This document shows, one piece after another, positions 63,354 to 64,000 of a DNA stretch of 64,000 nucleotides. The notes under the pieces were generated by a model. It did not search any database, was not told the DNA's origin, and was given only the letters and a program-made list of their open reading frames with translations. The position numbers and the translations under genes were made by a program. Position 1 is the first letter of the stretch. Each line of letters opens with the position of its first letter. Origin of the DNA: an uncultured Bacteroidota bacterium (GTDB lineage Bacteria > Bacteroidota > Ignavibacteria > UBA10030 > UBA6906); contig CAVOYH010000004.1 of assembly GCA_963700635.1 (NCBI GenBank), positions 576,001-640,000 on the forward strand, written 5' to 3'.

Positions 63354-64000
63354 TTTCCGCCTCGAATGGCATACTTGGTCTTGGGTGCCGTCGTCGTGTC
63401 GGGGATGCTGATGACCGGGAAGATCATCACGTAGGCGCGGTACATCAGGACGAGAAGACAGGCAAATCCGACAGTAACCGAAATTTCCCCGACGGACGGG
63501 AAATACGATGAAGACGCATAGGGTGGTGTATAGGCGACTACAAAATTGTTGATCCTGTTGAGTGCCACGCCAACGATAACAAGTGACGAGGCGATGAAAA
63601 GCAGCACCGGCGACCGCAGGACAGTCCGGGAAAGAAACATCCTCAACGGGATGATCACGCCGAGCACAACTTCCACGGTCCACATCACACTTGCCGTGTT
63701 CAGTTCCTGGAGGTAGACGAATGTCTCGCGGATGAACATGTCTCCGAGTTTAAAAGCGAGATACACGCCGAGAATAGGCGCAACGGTGCTGCCGAGCTTT
63801 GACAGGACGTCCATTTCCATCTTCAACTTGAAGGATCGGGAAGCGAGAATGGACTCAAAGATCACCATGGGAAAGCCGACAGCGACGGCGGAGAGCAGGA
63901 ACAGCAGGGGAAGCACGGGCGTCTGCCAGAGAGGATGCATTTTGGGGCCGGCGATCACCATGAGGGTGCCGAGCGAGGACTGATGGAGTGTCGAGAGCAC
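63350..64000 (-). CDS. NrfD/HybB-family integral membrane quinol-interacting subunit (5' part outside the window)
   Basis: LSTLHQSSLG, MHPLW, LPLLFLLSA, NRIN, YFPS..E motifs. Confidence 0.88.
   Translation of the reverse strand: MLSTLHQSSLGTLMVIAGPKMHPLWQTPVLPLLFLLSAVAVGFPMVIFESILASRSFKLKMEMDVLSKLGSTVAPILGVYLAFKLGDMFIRETFVYLQELNTASVMWTVEVVLGVIIPLRMFLSRTVLRSPVLLFIASSLVIVGVALNRINNFVVAYTPPYASSSYFPSVGEISVTVGFACLLVLMYRAYVMIFPVISIPDTTTAPKTKYAIRGGK

Overview
High-GC bacterial chromosome segment, probably an Ignavibacteria-like or other FCB-group organism (two T9SS 'EQN(Y/F)PNPFN' C-terminal sorting domains, Bacteroidota-type IlvC). From left to right it holds: a giant SLC12/CCC-type permease (runs off the left edge) divergent from a cation:proton antiporter; two T9SS cargo proteins; a Ser/Thr kinase-TPR receptor; sugar catabolism genes; a cNMP histidine kinase with a REC-TrxB-like partner; and a wHTH regulon with palindromic operators. 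A variable region (about 23.7-36.3 kb) lies downstream of tRNA-Asp(GTC). It contains three copies of an att-like repeat carrying the tRNA 3' end, degenerate attC-like sites, IS3 scars, a zeta-toxin-like pair, lipoproteins and two more kinases. Next come a complete ilvD-ilvBN-leuACDB-ilvE-ilvC operon with an unannotated Leu/Ile/Val-rich leader peptide, then DPP-IV, ppa and gdhA. The right end is a redox-signalling operon: NrfD/HybB membrane subunit, 13-haem cytochrome c, histidine kinase with a Cys-rich insert, and two receiver-GcvH-like fusion proteins. Many genes carry single-base frameshifts that look like long-read assembly errors. The best novelty candidates are the REC-GcvH redox signalling operon and the integrase-less tRNA-Asp-anchored mini-cassette array.
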